From Anaerolineae bacterium (GTDB taxonomy: Bacteria > Chloroflexota > Anaerolineae > Aggregatilineales > Phototrophicaceae): a stretch of DNA of 64,000 bases. Within the stretch, counting starts at the first letter, position 1; each line of letters opens with the position of its first letter. The position numbers and the translations under genes were made by a program. The stretch lies in assembly GCA_034420635.1 (NCBI GenBank), contig DAOULD010000136.1:14372-78371 (forward strand), given 5' to 3'. The notes beneath the pieces are model-generated. The model was not told the DNA's origin. It searched no databases and worked only from the letters and a program-made list of their open reading frames with translations. Of the stretch, positions 1 to 9,296 are shown one piece after another.

Positions 1-587
1 ATGGACCTTGCGGCTAGCGCCTGCTGCTTGACTTCTTCGATTTGGCCATAATGACCGACCTCGTGCGAAAGGCCAAAGAGGAAGGCGGCCGGCGCATTCA
101 TGTTGCCAAATCGCGCGGCAAAACGCTCTGAAACGACGCGATGCACATCAAGAAAGGGTGAATCCGGCCAGGTCTCGAGGTAGGCGTTGCGCAAGCGCCG
201 GCTTTCCTCGAGCCGCTGACGGACTTTGGCGACTGTTGTCATATCGCGCCAGGGCGTCTCGTAACGCGGCCGTTCGGAAGCGGCAACGCCACGAGCTAGC
301 AGGGAACTGAACGCGGCCGCTTCTTCGGTGCTGGCGGTGACGTGCGCAATGAGATGTCCGAAAGTCCAGCCGATGCTCTCTTCGCCATCAACCGCGTAGG
401 GATCATCGGCTTCCGGATCTTCGGGCGTGTTCACGATATCAGCGTCGGTCAATCCGTCCAGCAGCGAGAGCAAGTAGTCAATGCTTTTGTCGCTAAATTC
501 GCGTAGCGCCGCTGCGTCGATATTTTCACGCTCTGCGTAGTCCAGGTAGGTTATTTCGCCGTTTTGCATCGGTGCAAAATCTATCAT
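1..587 (-). CDS. DinB-family (DinB_2-like) protein; 3' end lies outside the window
   Basis: Not in the ORF track because it runs off the window edge. Hand translation of the minus strand from ATG 587..585 gives MIDFAPMQNGEITYLDYAEREN...IGWTFGHLIAHVTASTEEAA...LFGLSHEVGHYGQIEEVKQQ. The GHLxxH ... HExGHxGQI histidine pattern is typical of DinB/YfiT-like helical bundles. Confidence 0.55.
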   Translation of the reverse strand, partial: MIDFAPMQNGEITYLDYAERENIDAAALREFSDKSIDYLLSLLDGLTDADIVNTPEDPEADDPYAVDGEESIGWTFGHLIAHVTASTEEAAAFSSLLARGVAASERPRYETPWRDMTTVAKVRQRLEESRRLRNAYLETWPDSPFLDVHRVVSERFAARFGNMNAPAAFLFGLSHEVGHYGQIEEVKQQALAARS

Positions 588-761
588 TGCGCACACTCCC
601 GTTATAGTTGTGCCGAAGCCTATTCACATTACGGATGATCTTAACGTTATCAAACTTACTTGCCTCTCCATCTGGTTGGTGAAAGATACTAGCGATGGTA
701 AACTGAATTCGGGCGTTGCTGGCGCGCAGGCTCAGATCATTCATGAAATGGAAACTTATGC

Positions 762-2783
762 ATGTTGACGGACGTTGAGAAACTGCTTTTTGTTCTTCTG
801 GCGGCATTCTCCATTGGCGCGGCTTACTCCGGATTCGCTGAAATGGCGGGCATCATTCAACGAGGTCGGGGTCAATTGCAACTTGACAGACTGTGGCGGC
901 GGATGTTGCGGGCGCTGGTTGTTTACCTGTTTCAGCGGACGACGCTAAGGACTCGACGGGCAACTGGCCTCTTTCATTGGGGCATCGTCTTGGGCTTCAC
1001 TTACTACTTTCTTGTCAACGTTGTGGACCTGGCGATTGGCTTCGCGCCGGACTTTGAGTTGACGTTATCTGGTTGGGGAGCATGGTTTGATTTGTTTCGT
1101 TTGCTAGGGGACGTCTTGAGCATTGTGGTGCTGTTGGGAATCTGCTATTTCATCGCCCGTCGGTTCTATTTGCCGAGCAGGCGCGCGCTACATTTCAATG
1201 ACAATATTCTGCTTCATCCCAGCGTGCGAGATGGCGCTATAAATCGTGATTCACTGATTGTCGCGGCTTTCATCCTGCTGCATGTCGGCGCGCGTTTTCT
1301 TGGCGAATCCATTACAGTGGCGCAACACGGTCACGACCCTTTCATGCCCTTTGCTTCGGCGGTTGCGCCACTTTGGCAATATCTAAATGTCGACTCGCTG
1401 TTAGCATTGCGGCACCTGTGGTGGTGGATCGCATTGGGCGGCATTCTGGTTTTCTTGCCATATTTCCCGTCTACAAAGCATGCGCATCTTTTCATGGCGC
1501 CGCTGAATTTCTTGACTCGGCCCGAGCGCAGTTCACTTGGGGAGTTAGAACCACTTGACTTTGAAGATGACGCGATCAAACAGTTTGGCGCCGCTCGACT
1601 GGAAGACCTTCATCAGACGCATATCTTCGATGGTTTCGCCTGTATCATGTGCAATCGGTGCCAAGATGTTTGCCCGGCTTATGTGACCGGCAAGGAACTG
1701 TCGCCGGCTGCGCTTGAAGTTAATAAACGTTTCCATATCAAGGATGATTGGGAGTCGCTGGCAAAGGGTCAGGAGTCTGAGCGGGCTTTAGGCGGCTTGC
1801 TCCTGAGCGAGTCGGCGCTTTGGGCATGTACAGCTTGTGGCGCCTGCGTCGACATTTGCCCGGTCGGCAACGAGCCGATGTTCGACATAATGGACATTCG
1901 GCGCGACGCCGTGCTCATGCAGAGCGAGTTCCCCAAGGAATTGCTGGGCGCCTTCAACGGAATGGAACGGCAAGGGAACCCCTGGCAAATAGCCGAATCT
2001 CGCCTCGGCTGGACACAGGGGCTGGAGTTTCCGGTGCCAACGGTAGAAGAGAACCCTGATTTTGAAATCTTGTATTGGACGGGTTGCGCAGTCAGCTACG
2101 ACCCCAGAGCCCAGCAAACGGCTCGGGCGCTGGTGAAAGTCTTGCACGCTGCCGGTGTCAACTTCGCAATCCTTGGCGAGCAAGAGCGCTGTACGGGGGA
2201 CATCGCGCGCCGCGCCGGCAATGAATACTTGTATTATGAATTGGCGAAGGCCAATGTCGAAACGTTAAGCGCCTTGTCCCCCAAGAGGATTGTGGTCACC
2301 TGCCCTCATTGTTTGCACAATATCGGCAAGGAATACCACCAGTTTGGCGGATCCTTCGAGGTCGTTCATCACAGTGAACTGATCGACGAGTTGATCGGTT
2401 CGGGTCAATTGCCGGTTGCGGCCAAGGCCTCGCGCTGGAGCAACGTCACCTTTCACGATCCCTGTTATCTGGGTCGTCACAACGATGTTTTCGACCCGCC
2501 GCGCGATGCTTTGGGGGCGATAGATGTTGGCATCATAGAAATGCCGCGCAATCGCAGAAACTCATTTTGCTGCGGCGCGGGCGGCGCGCAATTCTGGAAG
2601 GAAGAAGAACCCGGCGAAAAGAAAGTCAGTGTTGAGCGCATTCAAGAAGCGAAAGCGACAGGCGCGGAGGCTATCGCAGTCGCGTGTCCTTTTTGCATGC
2701 GCATGTTTGAGGACGCCGGCAAGGAACTTGGCGAGAAAACCGACGTGGTGGATATCGCTGAGATCGTCGCCGACAGATTATGA
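762..2783 (+). CDS. Membrane-anchored Fe-S oxidoreductase, HdrD/GlpC-like (multi-TM N-terminus, 2x[4Fe-4S] ferredoxin motifs, two cysteine-rich CCG domains)
   Basis: 673-aa ORF with a hydrophobic N-terminal ~250 aa. Ferredoxin-type CxxCxxCxxxCP motifs: CIMCNRCQDVCP and CTACGACVDICP. C-terminal CCG-type cysteine motifs: TGCAVSYD, CPHCLHN, HDPCYLGRH, SFCCGAGG, ACPFCMRM. Confidence 0.8.
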   Translation: MLTDVEKLLFVLLAAFSIGAAYSGFAEMAGIIQRGRGQLQLDRLWRRMLRALVVYLFQRTTLRTRRATGLFHWGIVLGFTYYFLVNVVDLAIGFAPDFELTLSGWGAWFDLFRLLGDVLSIVVLLGICYFIARRFYLPSRRALHFNDNILLHPSVRDGAINRDSLIVAAFILLHVGARFLGESITVAQHGHDPFMPFASAVAPLWQYLNVDSLLALRHLWWWIALGGILVFLPYFPSTKHAHLFMAPLNFLTRPERSSLGELEPLDFEDDAIKQFGAARLEDLHQTHIFDGFACIMCNRCQDVCPAYVTGKELSPAALEVNKRFHIKDDWESLAKGQESERALGGLLLSESALWACTACGACVDICPVGNEPMFDIMDIRRDAVLMQSEFPKELLGAFNGMERQGNPWQIAESRLGWTQGLEFPVPTVEENPDFEILYWTGCAVSYDPRAQQTARALVKVLHAAGVNFAILGEQERCTGDIARRAGNEYLYYELAKANVETLSALSPKRIVVTCPHCLHNIGKEYHQFGGSFEVVHHSELIDELIGSGQLPVAAKASRWSNVTFHDPCYLGRHNDVFDPPRDALGAIDVGIIEMPRNRRNSFCCGAGGAQFWKEEEPGEKKVSVERIQEAKATGAEAIAVACPFCMRMFEDAGKELGEKTDVVDIAEIVADRL

Positions 2784-2855
2784 CGTTCGCTTGCGAAGTC
2801 GAAGCAAAGCGCTTTGTGAACCTATCGATCAAGAGCCTGTCGGCAGCGGGAGAGC

Positions 2856-3479
2856 GTGACCTTGGCTTTCGACTTTGAAGAGACGCCGGTACTGGAGACC
2901 GAGCGGCTTCGCTTGCGGCGCATCCAGCCCAGCGACCTGGCTGCCTGGGCGGAGATCTGGCAGTGCGTAAGCGTGAGGCAATACTTGCTTGAATTTGAAG
3001 AGGTCCCCGATGATTCGGCGGTATGGTCCATCATGGAATGGGCGGGCCGCATTTTCAAGCGGAAGACGGGCATTCGCTGGGCGATCACGCTGAAACCGAA
3101 GGATCGTATGATAGGCTCCTGCGGTTTCCATCTGTACGATGCGGGCAACAGGCGGCTGGAGATCGGCTACGAGTTGCATAAGGCTTACTGGCGAAGGGGA
3201 ATCATGACTGAGGCGGTTGCTGAAGTTTTGCGCTTCTGTTTTGATTGCCTGAATGTTCATCGCGTCGAAGCCGATGTAACCGAAGGCAACGTCGCGTCGG
3301 CTGCCTTGCTGCGAAAGCTGGGTTTTGTTTTGGAAGGCCTTTGGCGCGAGCGCGTCTATTCGCGCGGCGCCTATCATGGCATGTGGCAATTTGGCCTGCT
3401 CGAACAGGAATATTATCGGAATATGGAAGATGCGAGATGTGTCCCACTTGTAAAGCGCCCTCATCTGCCACATAGCTGA
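2856..3479 (+). CDS. GNAT family N-acetyltransferase (RimJ/RimL-like)
   Basis: 207-aa ORF with a GTG start. N-terminal ETERLRLRRIQPSDL and the core AYWRRGIMTEAV...VHRVEADVTEGNVASAALLRKLGF are typical of the Acetyltransf_3/RimL type. It ends 33 nt upstream of GT-C paralog 1. Confidence 0.8.
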   Translation: MTLAFDFEETPVLETERLRLRRIQPSDLAAWAEIWQCVSVRQYLLEFEEVPDDSAVWSIMEWAGRIFKRKTGIRWAITLKPKDRMIGSCGFHLYDAGNRRLEIGYELHKAYWRRGIMTEAVAEVLRFCFDCLNVHRVEADVTEGNVASAALLRKLGFVLEGLWRERVYSRGAYHGMWQFGLLEQEYYRNMEDARCVPLVKRPHLPHS

Positions 3480-3512
3480 TTTGAGTTGAACGGCGGTACC
3501 TAGGGAGCTTCC

Positions 3513-5399
3513 ATGAACTTCCGAAGCCACGCATGTCTATTTTTGATGGTTTTCATCCTTCTCCTGGCGTTTTTTCTTGGCGCGCGCGAACTGAATAGAT
3601 TTCCCGTTTGGGGTGACGAACTCTCCACTTTGACAAACATTGGAGCATTCGACCCGCCATATACGCCGTCGGCTGTTGTGAAATCGCTTCTGCATTATAC
3701 GCCGCTTGAAATGCCAGCATTCTTGGTTGTCAGCGCGTTATGGGCCCAGTTGGCTGGATGGTCGCAGTTTGTATTGCGTCTTCTGTCGCTGTTTGCCGGA
3801 TTGGCGTTTGTCGCCTTCGTTTATCGCTTCGCCGCGGAAAACTTTGGCAAGAACAGCGGCCTGTTTGCCGCGTTACTTCTTAGCACGAATGCGTTCGTTT
3901 TGGTTTTCTTTTCGGAGTTTCGCACTTACACGCTTTTGCTGCTAACTTTCATGGTACACCTATGGCTATATGCCAGGCTCTGGCGATGCCGCAAACCGAC
4001 CACAGCAGGCGTTCTGCTCTTCGCACTGTCTGGTTCGATGATGCTATACACACATCTTGTTTCCGTTGTCATGATTGTTGCTCTTGTCTTCGTCCACATT
4101 ATTTCACAGCCAAAGAACCATCGATGGCGGCAAATCCTTGTTGCGTGGACTATAAGCTTTCTGCTGTTTTTGCCATACGCTCTTGGACTGCTGCGCGAAA
4201 TATCGGAAAAGACAAACGATCCTGGCGCTGCATCAACTCTTGAGCTATTGATCGCCATCGCAGACATCGCGTCAAATGGACTGCTTTGGCTGATGCTCCC
4301 CTTGTTGGGCTCGTTAGTTTACCTAATGCTGCGCAGGCGCAGATGGATAGCGCAGTATATCTTTCTCGTTGCCATTGCTTCATTTCTTGTCCTGCTCTTT
4401 CTCAATATGGTATTCAATGTAATAGTCATAAACAGAATGCGATACTTTCTTCCGGTAATCTCTTTGATGCTCATTCTTTTCTCGGCAGGTCTGGCTTCTA
4501 TAGCAAGGCGGCGCGTCTTTGGCGTTGCTGTTCTGGTGATATCCTGTGTTGCTGGCGTCGGGCTTGCAGGCTCGAACGAAAGCGTCGTGTACGCTGGGTT
4601 AATTGTCAAATCACGAGAATTTCCTCCATTAAACCGATATGTTTATCACCTTCGCGACAAACTGGGCGGCGACGAATTTGTTCTGGGATTCACTAAGCAT
4701 GAAGTGATCAATGAGCCTGAACGCTTCAGTTCCCACAGCTTTGTCGATTACTACCTGCAGGCGCAACTCGGTATTGACGGCGTATTCCTGCACACAAATC
4801 GCAAACGCTATCGGTTGGAGCAAGATGTCCGGTCGATTCTCAGAGCCCATCCTCACGTTCTACTTGCGCACGACCCTTCGAACGTGCCGCTCAACTATGC
4901 TCGAACGCTTGCAATCATTGAAGAAGCTTACCTAGCGTACGCATCGTTGGTGGAGGAGCCGGCGCTGCGAATCCGCAAATATGCGCATCCGGTTATGGGC
5001 TGCGACCGTGAACCGGCATCAATTCAGTACGAAAATGGCGCGCGCTTGTTGGACCGCGCCATTGAATTCGATATTGACGACCAGCGAATAGACGCATTGA
5101 CCTGGTGGAATGTGCCAGACGAAGCCATGCTGGACGAATACAACATTTCCTTACAAATCATCTCATCAGAAGGGAAGAATGTCCGACAAACCGATCGTCA
5201 TCTTTATGACAATATCGTGCCATGGTCTGTGATCGATTTGTCGACAGAAGAGTTGCCTGCCGATGACTATGAGCTTGTCTTGATATTGTACAGACGTGAT
5301 TCGGGGTCGAAAGTTGTCGGAGTGGATCAATCAACTGAGGAGTTTGGCAGTATACTTCCCTTGCTGGGCTTCACCAGGCGCCTGGAAGATGCGGAATGA
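3513..5399 (+). CDS. GT-C fold membrane glycosyltransferase (PMT_2/ArnT-like, GT39/83-like) with C-terminal extracytoplasmic domain; paralog 1 of 8 (subgroup A)
   Basis: 628 aa with about 10-12 hydrophobic segments in the first ~360 aa. Acidic loop-1 motif VWGDELSTL follows TM1. Shared paralog motifs: FSEFRTYTLL, MLYTHLVS, LPYA, RMRYFLP. C-terminal domain motifs: HPHVLLAHDPSNVPLNYARTL, MGCDREPASIQYENG, YNISLQ, DDYELVLILY. Confidence 0.8.
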   Translation: MNFRSHACLFLMVFILLLAFFLGARELNRFPVWGDELSTLTNIGAFDPPYTPSAVVKSLLHYTPLEMPAFLVVSALWAQLAGWSQFVLRLLSLFAGLAFVAFVYRFAAENFGKNSGLFAALLLSTNAFVLVFFSEFRTYTLLLLTFMVHLWLYARLWRCRKPTTAGVLLFALSGSMMLYTHLVSVVMIVALVFVHIISQPKNHRWRQILVAWTISFLLFLPYALGLLREISEKTNDPGAASTLELLIAIADIASNGLLWLMLPLLGSLVYLMLRRRRWIAQYIFLVAIASFLVLLFLNMVFNVIVINRMRYFLPVISLMLILFSAGLASIARRRVFGVAVLVISCVAGVGLAGSNESVVYAGLIVKSREFPPLNRYVYHLRDKLGGDEFVLGFTKHEVINEPERFSSHSFVDYYLQAQLGIDGVFLHTNRKRYRLEQDVRSILRAHPHVLLAHDPSNVPLNYARTLAIIEEAYLAYASLVEEPALRIRKYAHPVMGCDREPASIQYENGARLLDRAIEFDIDDQRIDALTWWNVPDEAMLDEYNISLQIISSEGKNVRQTDRHLYDNIVPWSVIDLSTEELPADDYELVLILYRRDSGSKVVGVDQSTEEFGSILPLLGFTRRLEDAE

Positions 5400-5460
5400 T
5401 GCGCGTTCTCGTGATAGCTTGATATCACACATTGTGAGTTTATTCTGAAACTACAGACAG

Positions 5461-7377
5461 ATGAAACCTGCGGACAAATCTGAAGCCACGATCCAAAGAA
5501 ATCGCCTGGTAGCGATTGCCGCCATGACGTGCATATTGCTGCTGGCATTCGCGCAGGGCGCTCACGGCTTGAATCTGGATCCGATATGGGCGGACGAGTT
5601 GTACTCATTGACAAGCATGGGAGCCTTTGAGTCCCCCTACACTCTTGGTGAAGTAGTGCAATCTTTGCGTCGATACAACCCTGATCACGTTCCGCTCTAC
5701 TTTTATATAGGAGCGCTTTGGGCAAGAATAGCCGGCTGGTCTCAGTTGTCTATGCGACTAATATCGCTGCTTTTCGGCATGCTTACAGCAGCGACGCTAT
5801 ATCGCTTTGGAGCGCAGGTCGTAAGCCAACGAACAGCGCTGGTTGCTGCCTTTTTGACCGTCACAAGCGCTTTTGTGATTTTGTATTTTCATGATCTGCG
5901 CATGTATACAATGCTAATGTGGCTTGGTATCCTTCACACTTGGCTTTACTGGCGAATTGCGCATGGACATCATGTTTCGCGGCTGACTTGGGTATTGTTC
6001 TACGGATCCGCCATTTCCCTGTTTTATACGCACAATTTTTCAACGTTAGTATTTGCTGGGCTAGCCTTCTATCATCTGCTGTTTATAAAGAAGTCACTTT
6101 GCTGGCTTAAGATCGTTGTCGCGTGGTGCATCTGCGCCCTAGTGTTTTTGCCTTATGCGCCTTTTGTGATTGACGGTATTCTGCTGCATCAAGAATTCGA
6201 CCGAAACCCCTTAGATACCTTGGCCGTGATAGATACGTTTGCCTTGCTATTGGCCAATGGTCAGATCATCCTATGGCTGCCCATTCTGTTGACGGTCGGA
6301 TACGCGCTTGCGCGTCGCCAAAGCGGCTCGATTCTGCGGATCCTTGCTGTCGCAAGTTCTATGGTCGTCGTACTTCTTGCCGTACATACGGCATTTCACC
6401 TTATTACTATTACCCGTCTGCGATATCTGCTCGTCCCATGGTTACTTATAAACGTTGTCATTGCATTCGGCATTGCGGAAATCCCGAAACACGCATGGAT
6501 CGCTCATCTGTTGATTCTTGCCTGGCTGATTGCGGGTTACCGATTTACGAGTTCAGGAGATATTCTCAACTACGCCGGGCTGATGTCAAGAACGGAGAAC
6601 TTTCCGCCATTGCACCAATATGAACGTCATTTGAGGGACAGCGTGGCATCAACGGATTTTCTGGTGGGTTTTGACGAATCAGGCGTAGTGAGTCAGGTGC
6701 ATCGTGAGTATTACAGCGCAAACAGCATCAGTGATTACTACTTGCAGACAATGCTTGGGATAGACGGCACATTTCTCCATCCAAGCAAGAAACGCTATCG
6801 CCTTGAGCGAGATGTACGCGAAATTCTACAATCACATCCTCACGTTCTACTTGCGCACGACCCTTCGAACGTGCCGCTCAACTATGCTCGAACGCTTGCG
6901 ATCATTGAAGAAGCTTACGTACCGTGTACATCGTTGGTGGAGGAGCCGGCGTTGCGGATTCGCAAATACACGCATCCTGTCATGGGCTGCGACCGTGAAC
7001 CGGCATCAATTCAGTACGAAAATGGCGCGCGCTTGTTGGATCGCGCCATTGAATTCGATATTGACGACCAGCGAATAGACGCATTGACCTGGTGGGATAT
7101 CCCGGACGACGAAATGCTGAACCAATACAATATTTCCTTGCAAATAATCACCTCGGATTGGCAAAACATTCGGCAAGTTGATCGCCATCTTCATGATGAT
7201 TTGGTCCCTTGGGGTGTCAGCGAGCTGTCGACTGCAGACCTGCCCTCTGGGGACTATCGGCTGATGTTGATAGTATACGATAGATTTACCGGTGTAAAAT
7301 TGGGCGGCATCGACTTGATAAGCAGTCAGTCTGGGGAAATCTTACCACTGTTAAGTTTCGAAATAGACTCACAGTGA
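5461..7377 (+). CDS. GT-C fold membrane glycosyltransferase with C-terminal domain; paralog 2 of 8 (subgroup A)
   Basis: 638 aa. Motifs: IWADELYSL, NPDHVPLYFYI (HPPLY-like), FHDLRMYTML, WLYWRIAHG, LFYTHNFS, RLRYLL. The C-terminal domain is near-identical to paralog 1 over 6835-7095 and to paralog 4 over 7084-7212. Confidence 0.8.
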   Translation: MKPADKSEATIQRNRLVAIAAMTCILLLAFAQGAHGLNLDPIWADELYSLTSMGAFESPYTLGEVVQSLRRYNPDHVPLYFYIGALWARIAGWSQLSMRLISLLFGMLTAATLYRFGAQVVSQRTALVAAFLTVTSAFVILYFHDLRMYTMLMWLGILHTWLYWRIAHGHHVSRLTWVLFYGSAISLFYTHNFSTLVFAGLAFYHLLFIKKSLCWLKIVVAWCICALVFLPYAPFVIDGILLHQEFDRNPLDTLAVIDTFALLLANGQIILWLPILLTVGYALARRQSGSILRILAVASSMVVVLLAVHTAFHLITITRLRYLLVPWLLINVVIAFGIAEIPKHAWIAHLLILAWLIAGYRFTSSGDILNYAGLMSRTENFPPLHQYERHLRDSVASTDFLVGFDESGVVSQVHREYYSANSISDYYLQTMLGIDGTFLHPSKKRYRLERDVREILQSHPHVLLAHDPSNVPLNYARTLAIIEEAYVPCTSLVEEPALRIRKYTHPVMGCDREPASIQYENGARLLDRAIEFDIDDQRIDALTWWDIPDDEMLNQYNISLQIITSDWQNIRQVDRHLHDDLVPWGVSELSTADLPSGDYRLMLIVYDRFTGVKLGGIDLISSQSGEILPLLSFEIDSQ

Positions 7378-9296
7378 AGCAAAACTCAACAGACGATACT
7401 TCTGAATTCAAAGGCGCTGCCGGCGACGTATCGACGCTAGCAAGCATAGTCGTCGTATTGCTGCTTGCTTTTGCCTTGGGCGCCTATGGTCTTGATCGAG
7501 ATTCGCTTATCGGGGATGAACTCAACTCGCTGTCAATCATGGGCGCTTTCGATCAGGCGCATTCGCCGGCCGATGTCGTGGCGCTCTTAAAACAATACGC
7601 TCCGGATCACCAACCGCTTTATTTCGTTCTTGGCTGGGCCTGGGCCCAGTTGACCGGCCTGTCGCAATTTACCATGCGGCTGCATGCCTTGCTGATTGGC
7701 ATGTTGATGTTTGCCTGGCACTATCGCCTGGCAACGGACCTGGCAGGCCGGCGCGTCGCGGTTTTGGCCGCGTTGCTCGTGAGCGCAAACGCCTTGGTCA
7801 TCACAAATCTTCACCACATTCGAATGTACAGTTTGGTCATGCTGTTTGCAGTCATACACTTTTGGCTCTATTGGCGGCTGGTTCACGGGCCTGGCAAGGG
7901 ACGTTTAACATGGAGTCTTTTTGTCGCGTCATGTACCGCCTTTATGTATACCCACAATTATTCTCTTGTATTCTTCGCCGCGCTGGGCATTTATCATTTG
8001 CTCTTCATTGCGCGATCAAGTCAATGGCTTCGGGTAATGGCGGCTTGGGCGCTGGGTTTCGCACTGTTTCTTCCCGGTCTTTGGCTTACTCTGGCTGGGA
8101 TATCTTTCCAATTCGAATACGCAAGGAATCATCCGCTGCTTACACACGAGCTGATTGCGGCTCTGGCGCTGGACTTCAGCAATCATCTTGCCGCGCTTTG
8201 GCTCCCGATGGTTGTTGCCCTCGGTTTGTCGCTATACCGCTGCAGAACGGGGGTCGTTGCGAGGTTGGCGTTTATTGGTCTTGCTATGTTTGTCATTATG
8301 GCTTCAATAAACGCTGTGACGCAAAGCATAGATTGGACAAGAACGCGCTACTTCCTGATGATGTGGCCCCTGTTCGTGATCAGTTTTTCCGCCGCTCTCT
8401 ATTCCTTGCCGCTGAAACGCGTATTATTACCCTTATTCATTTTGCTTTGGGCTGTTTCTGGATATCGAGTCGCGTACACCGATGTTGTCTTCCAATACGC
8501 GTTCGTTTTCTATCCGAACAAAGCGTATCCACCGCTTCACAGATACGTGCAGCACTTGAGGGGAAAGGTCCGCGCAGACGATTATGTGCTCGGCTTTAGA
8601 ACATCGGACGAGATATTTGCGCGTTGGTCCACTGTTGGAGGAACCTTTATCGATTTTTATCTTGGCAACCGATTGGGTATCGACGGCGCTTTCTTGCACG
8701 CCAGCCTCAAACGCTACCGGCTTTCGGAAGACACGCGCGACATTCTCTCGGCTCATCCCCATTTATTGCTGGCTCACGATCCGAGCAATGTCCCGCTCAA
8801 CTACGCGAAAACACTGGAAGTCGTTCAGGAAGTTCTCATGCCATGTGACAAGTTGGCAGATGAACCTGCGTTGTCAATCCGCAGATACGCGCATCCCGTT
8901 ATGGGCTGCGACCATGAACCCGCATCAATTCATTACGAAAACGGCGCGCGCTTGTTGGATCGCGCAGCGCGCTACGATGCAGCCGGGCAGCGAATAGCGG
9001 CATTGACCTGGTGGGAAATCCCGGATGACGAAATGCTGGACTTGTACAATGTTTCACTGCAAATTATCACCCCGGATTGGCAGAATCTGCGCCAAGTCGA
9101 TCGTCACCTTTATCGTCGAATGGTCCCTTGGAGCGTCATTGAGCTGTCTACTGCGGGGCTGCCCGAGGGCGAGTACCGGCTGATGTTGATTCTGTACAGT
9201 CGCGAAACGGGCGAGAGAGTTGGCGCTACAGATTTGTCGAGTGGCGAGTCAGGGTTTATGCTGCCGCTGCTATCTTTCAACATACGCGCTAAATGA
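7374..9296 (+). CDS. GT-C fold membrane glycosyltransferase with C-terminal domain; paralog 3 of 8 (subgroup A)
   Basis: 640 aa. The GTG start overlaps the paralog-2 stop (GTGA). Motifs: LIGDELNSL, APDHQPLYFVL, LHHIRMYSLV, WLYWRLVHG, FMYTHNYS, HPHLLLAHDPSNVPLNYAKTL, MGCDHEPASIHYENG, YNVSLQ, GEYRLMLILY. Confidence 0.8.
   Translation: MKQNSTDDTSEFKGAAGDVSTLASIVVVLLLAFALGAYGLDRDSLIGDELNSLSIMGAFDQAHSPADVVALLKQYAPDHQPLYFVLGWAWAQLTGLSQFTMRLHALLIGMLMFAWHYRLATDLAGRRVAVLAALLVSANALVITNLHHIRMYSLVMLFAVIHFWLYWRLVHGPGKGRLTWSLFVASCTAFMYTHNYSLVFFAALGIYHLLFIARSSQWLRVMAAWALGFALFLPGLWLTLAGISFQFEYARNHPLLTHELIAALALDFSNHLAALWLPMVVALGLSLYRCRTGVVARLAFIGLAMFVIMASINAVTQSIDWTRTRYFLMMWPLFVISFSAALYSLPLKRVLLPLFILLWAVSGYRVAYTDVVFQYAFVFYPNKAYPPLHRYVQHLRGKVRADDYVLGFRTSDEIFARWSTVGGTFIDFYLGNRLGIDGAFLHASLKRYRLSEDTRDILSAHPHLLLAHDPSNVPLNYAKTLEVVQEVLMPCDKLADEPALSIRRYAHPVMGCDHEPASIHYENGARLLDRAARYDAAGQRIAALTWWEIPDDEMLDLYNVSLQIITPDWQNLRQVDRHLYRRMVPWSVIELSTAGLPEGEYRLMLILYSRETGERVGATDLSSGESGFMLPLLSFNIRAK

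Noticed and set aside
526-807. A 93-aa minus-strand ORF spanning the divergent intergenic region between the DinB-like gene and the Fe-S oxidoreductase.
   Set aside because: It overlaps both neighbouring genes' 5' ends, has no motif, and the region is better explained as a divergent promoter spacer.
5131-5160. A conserved N-x-S sequon (YNISLQ) in 7 of the 8 C-terminal domains, considered as a possible bacterial N-glycosylation site.
   Set aside because: The acidic residue at -2 required by PglB-type oligosaccharyltransferases is present only in some copies (DEYNIS in paralog 1, NQYNIS in others). No OST gene is present. Conservation is more simply structural.
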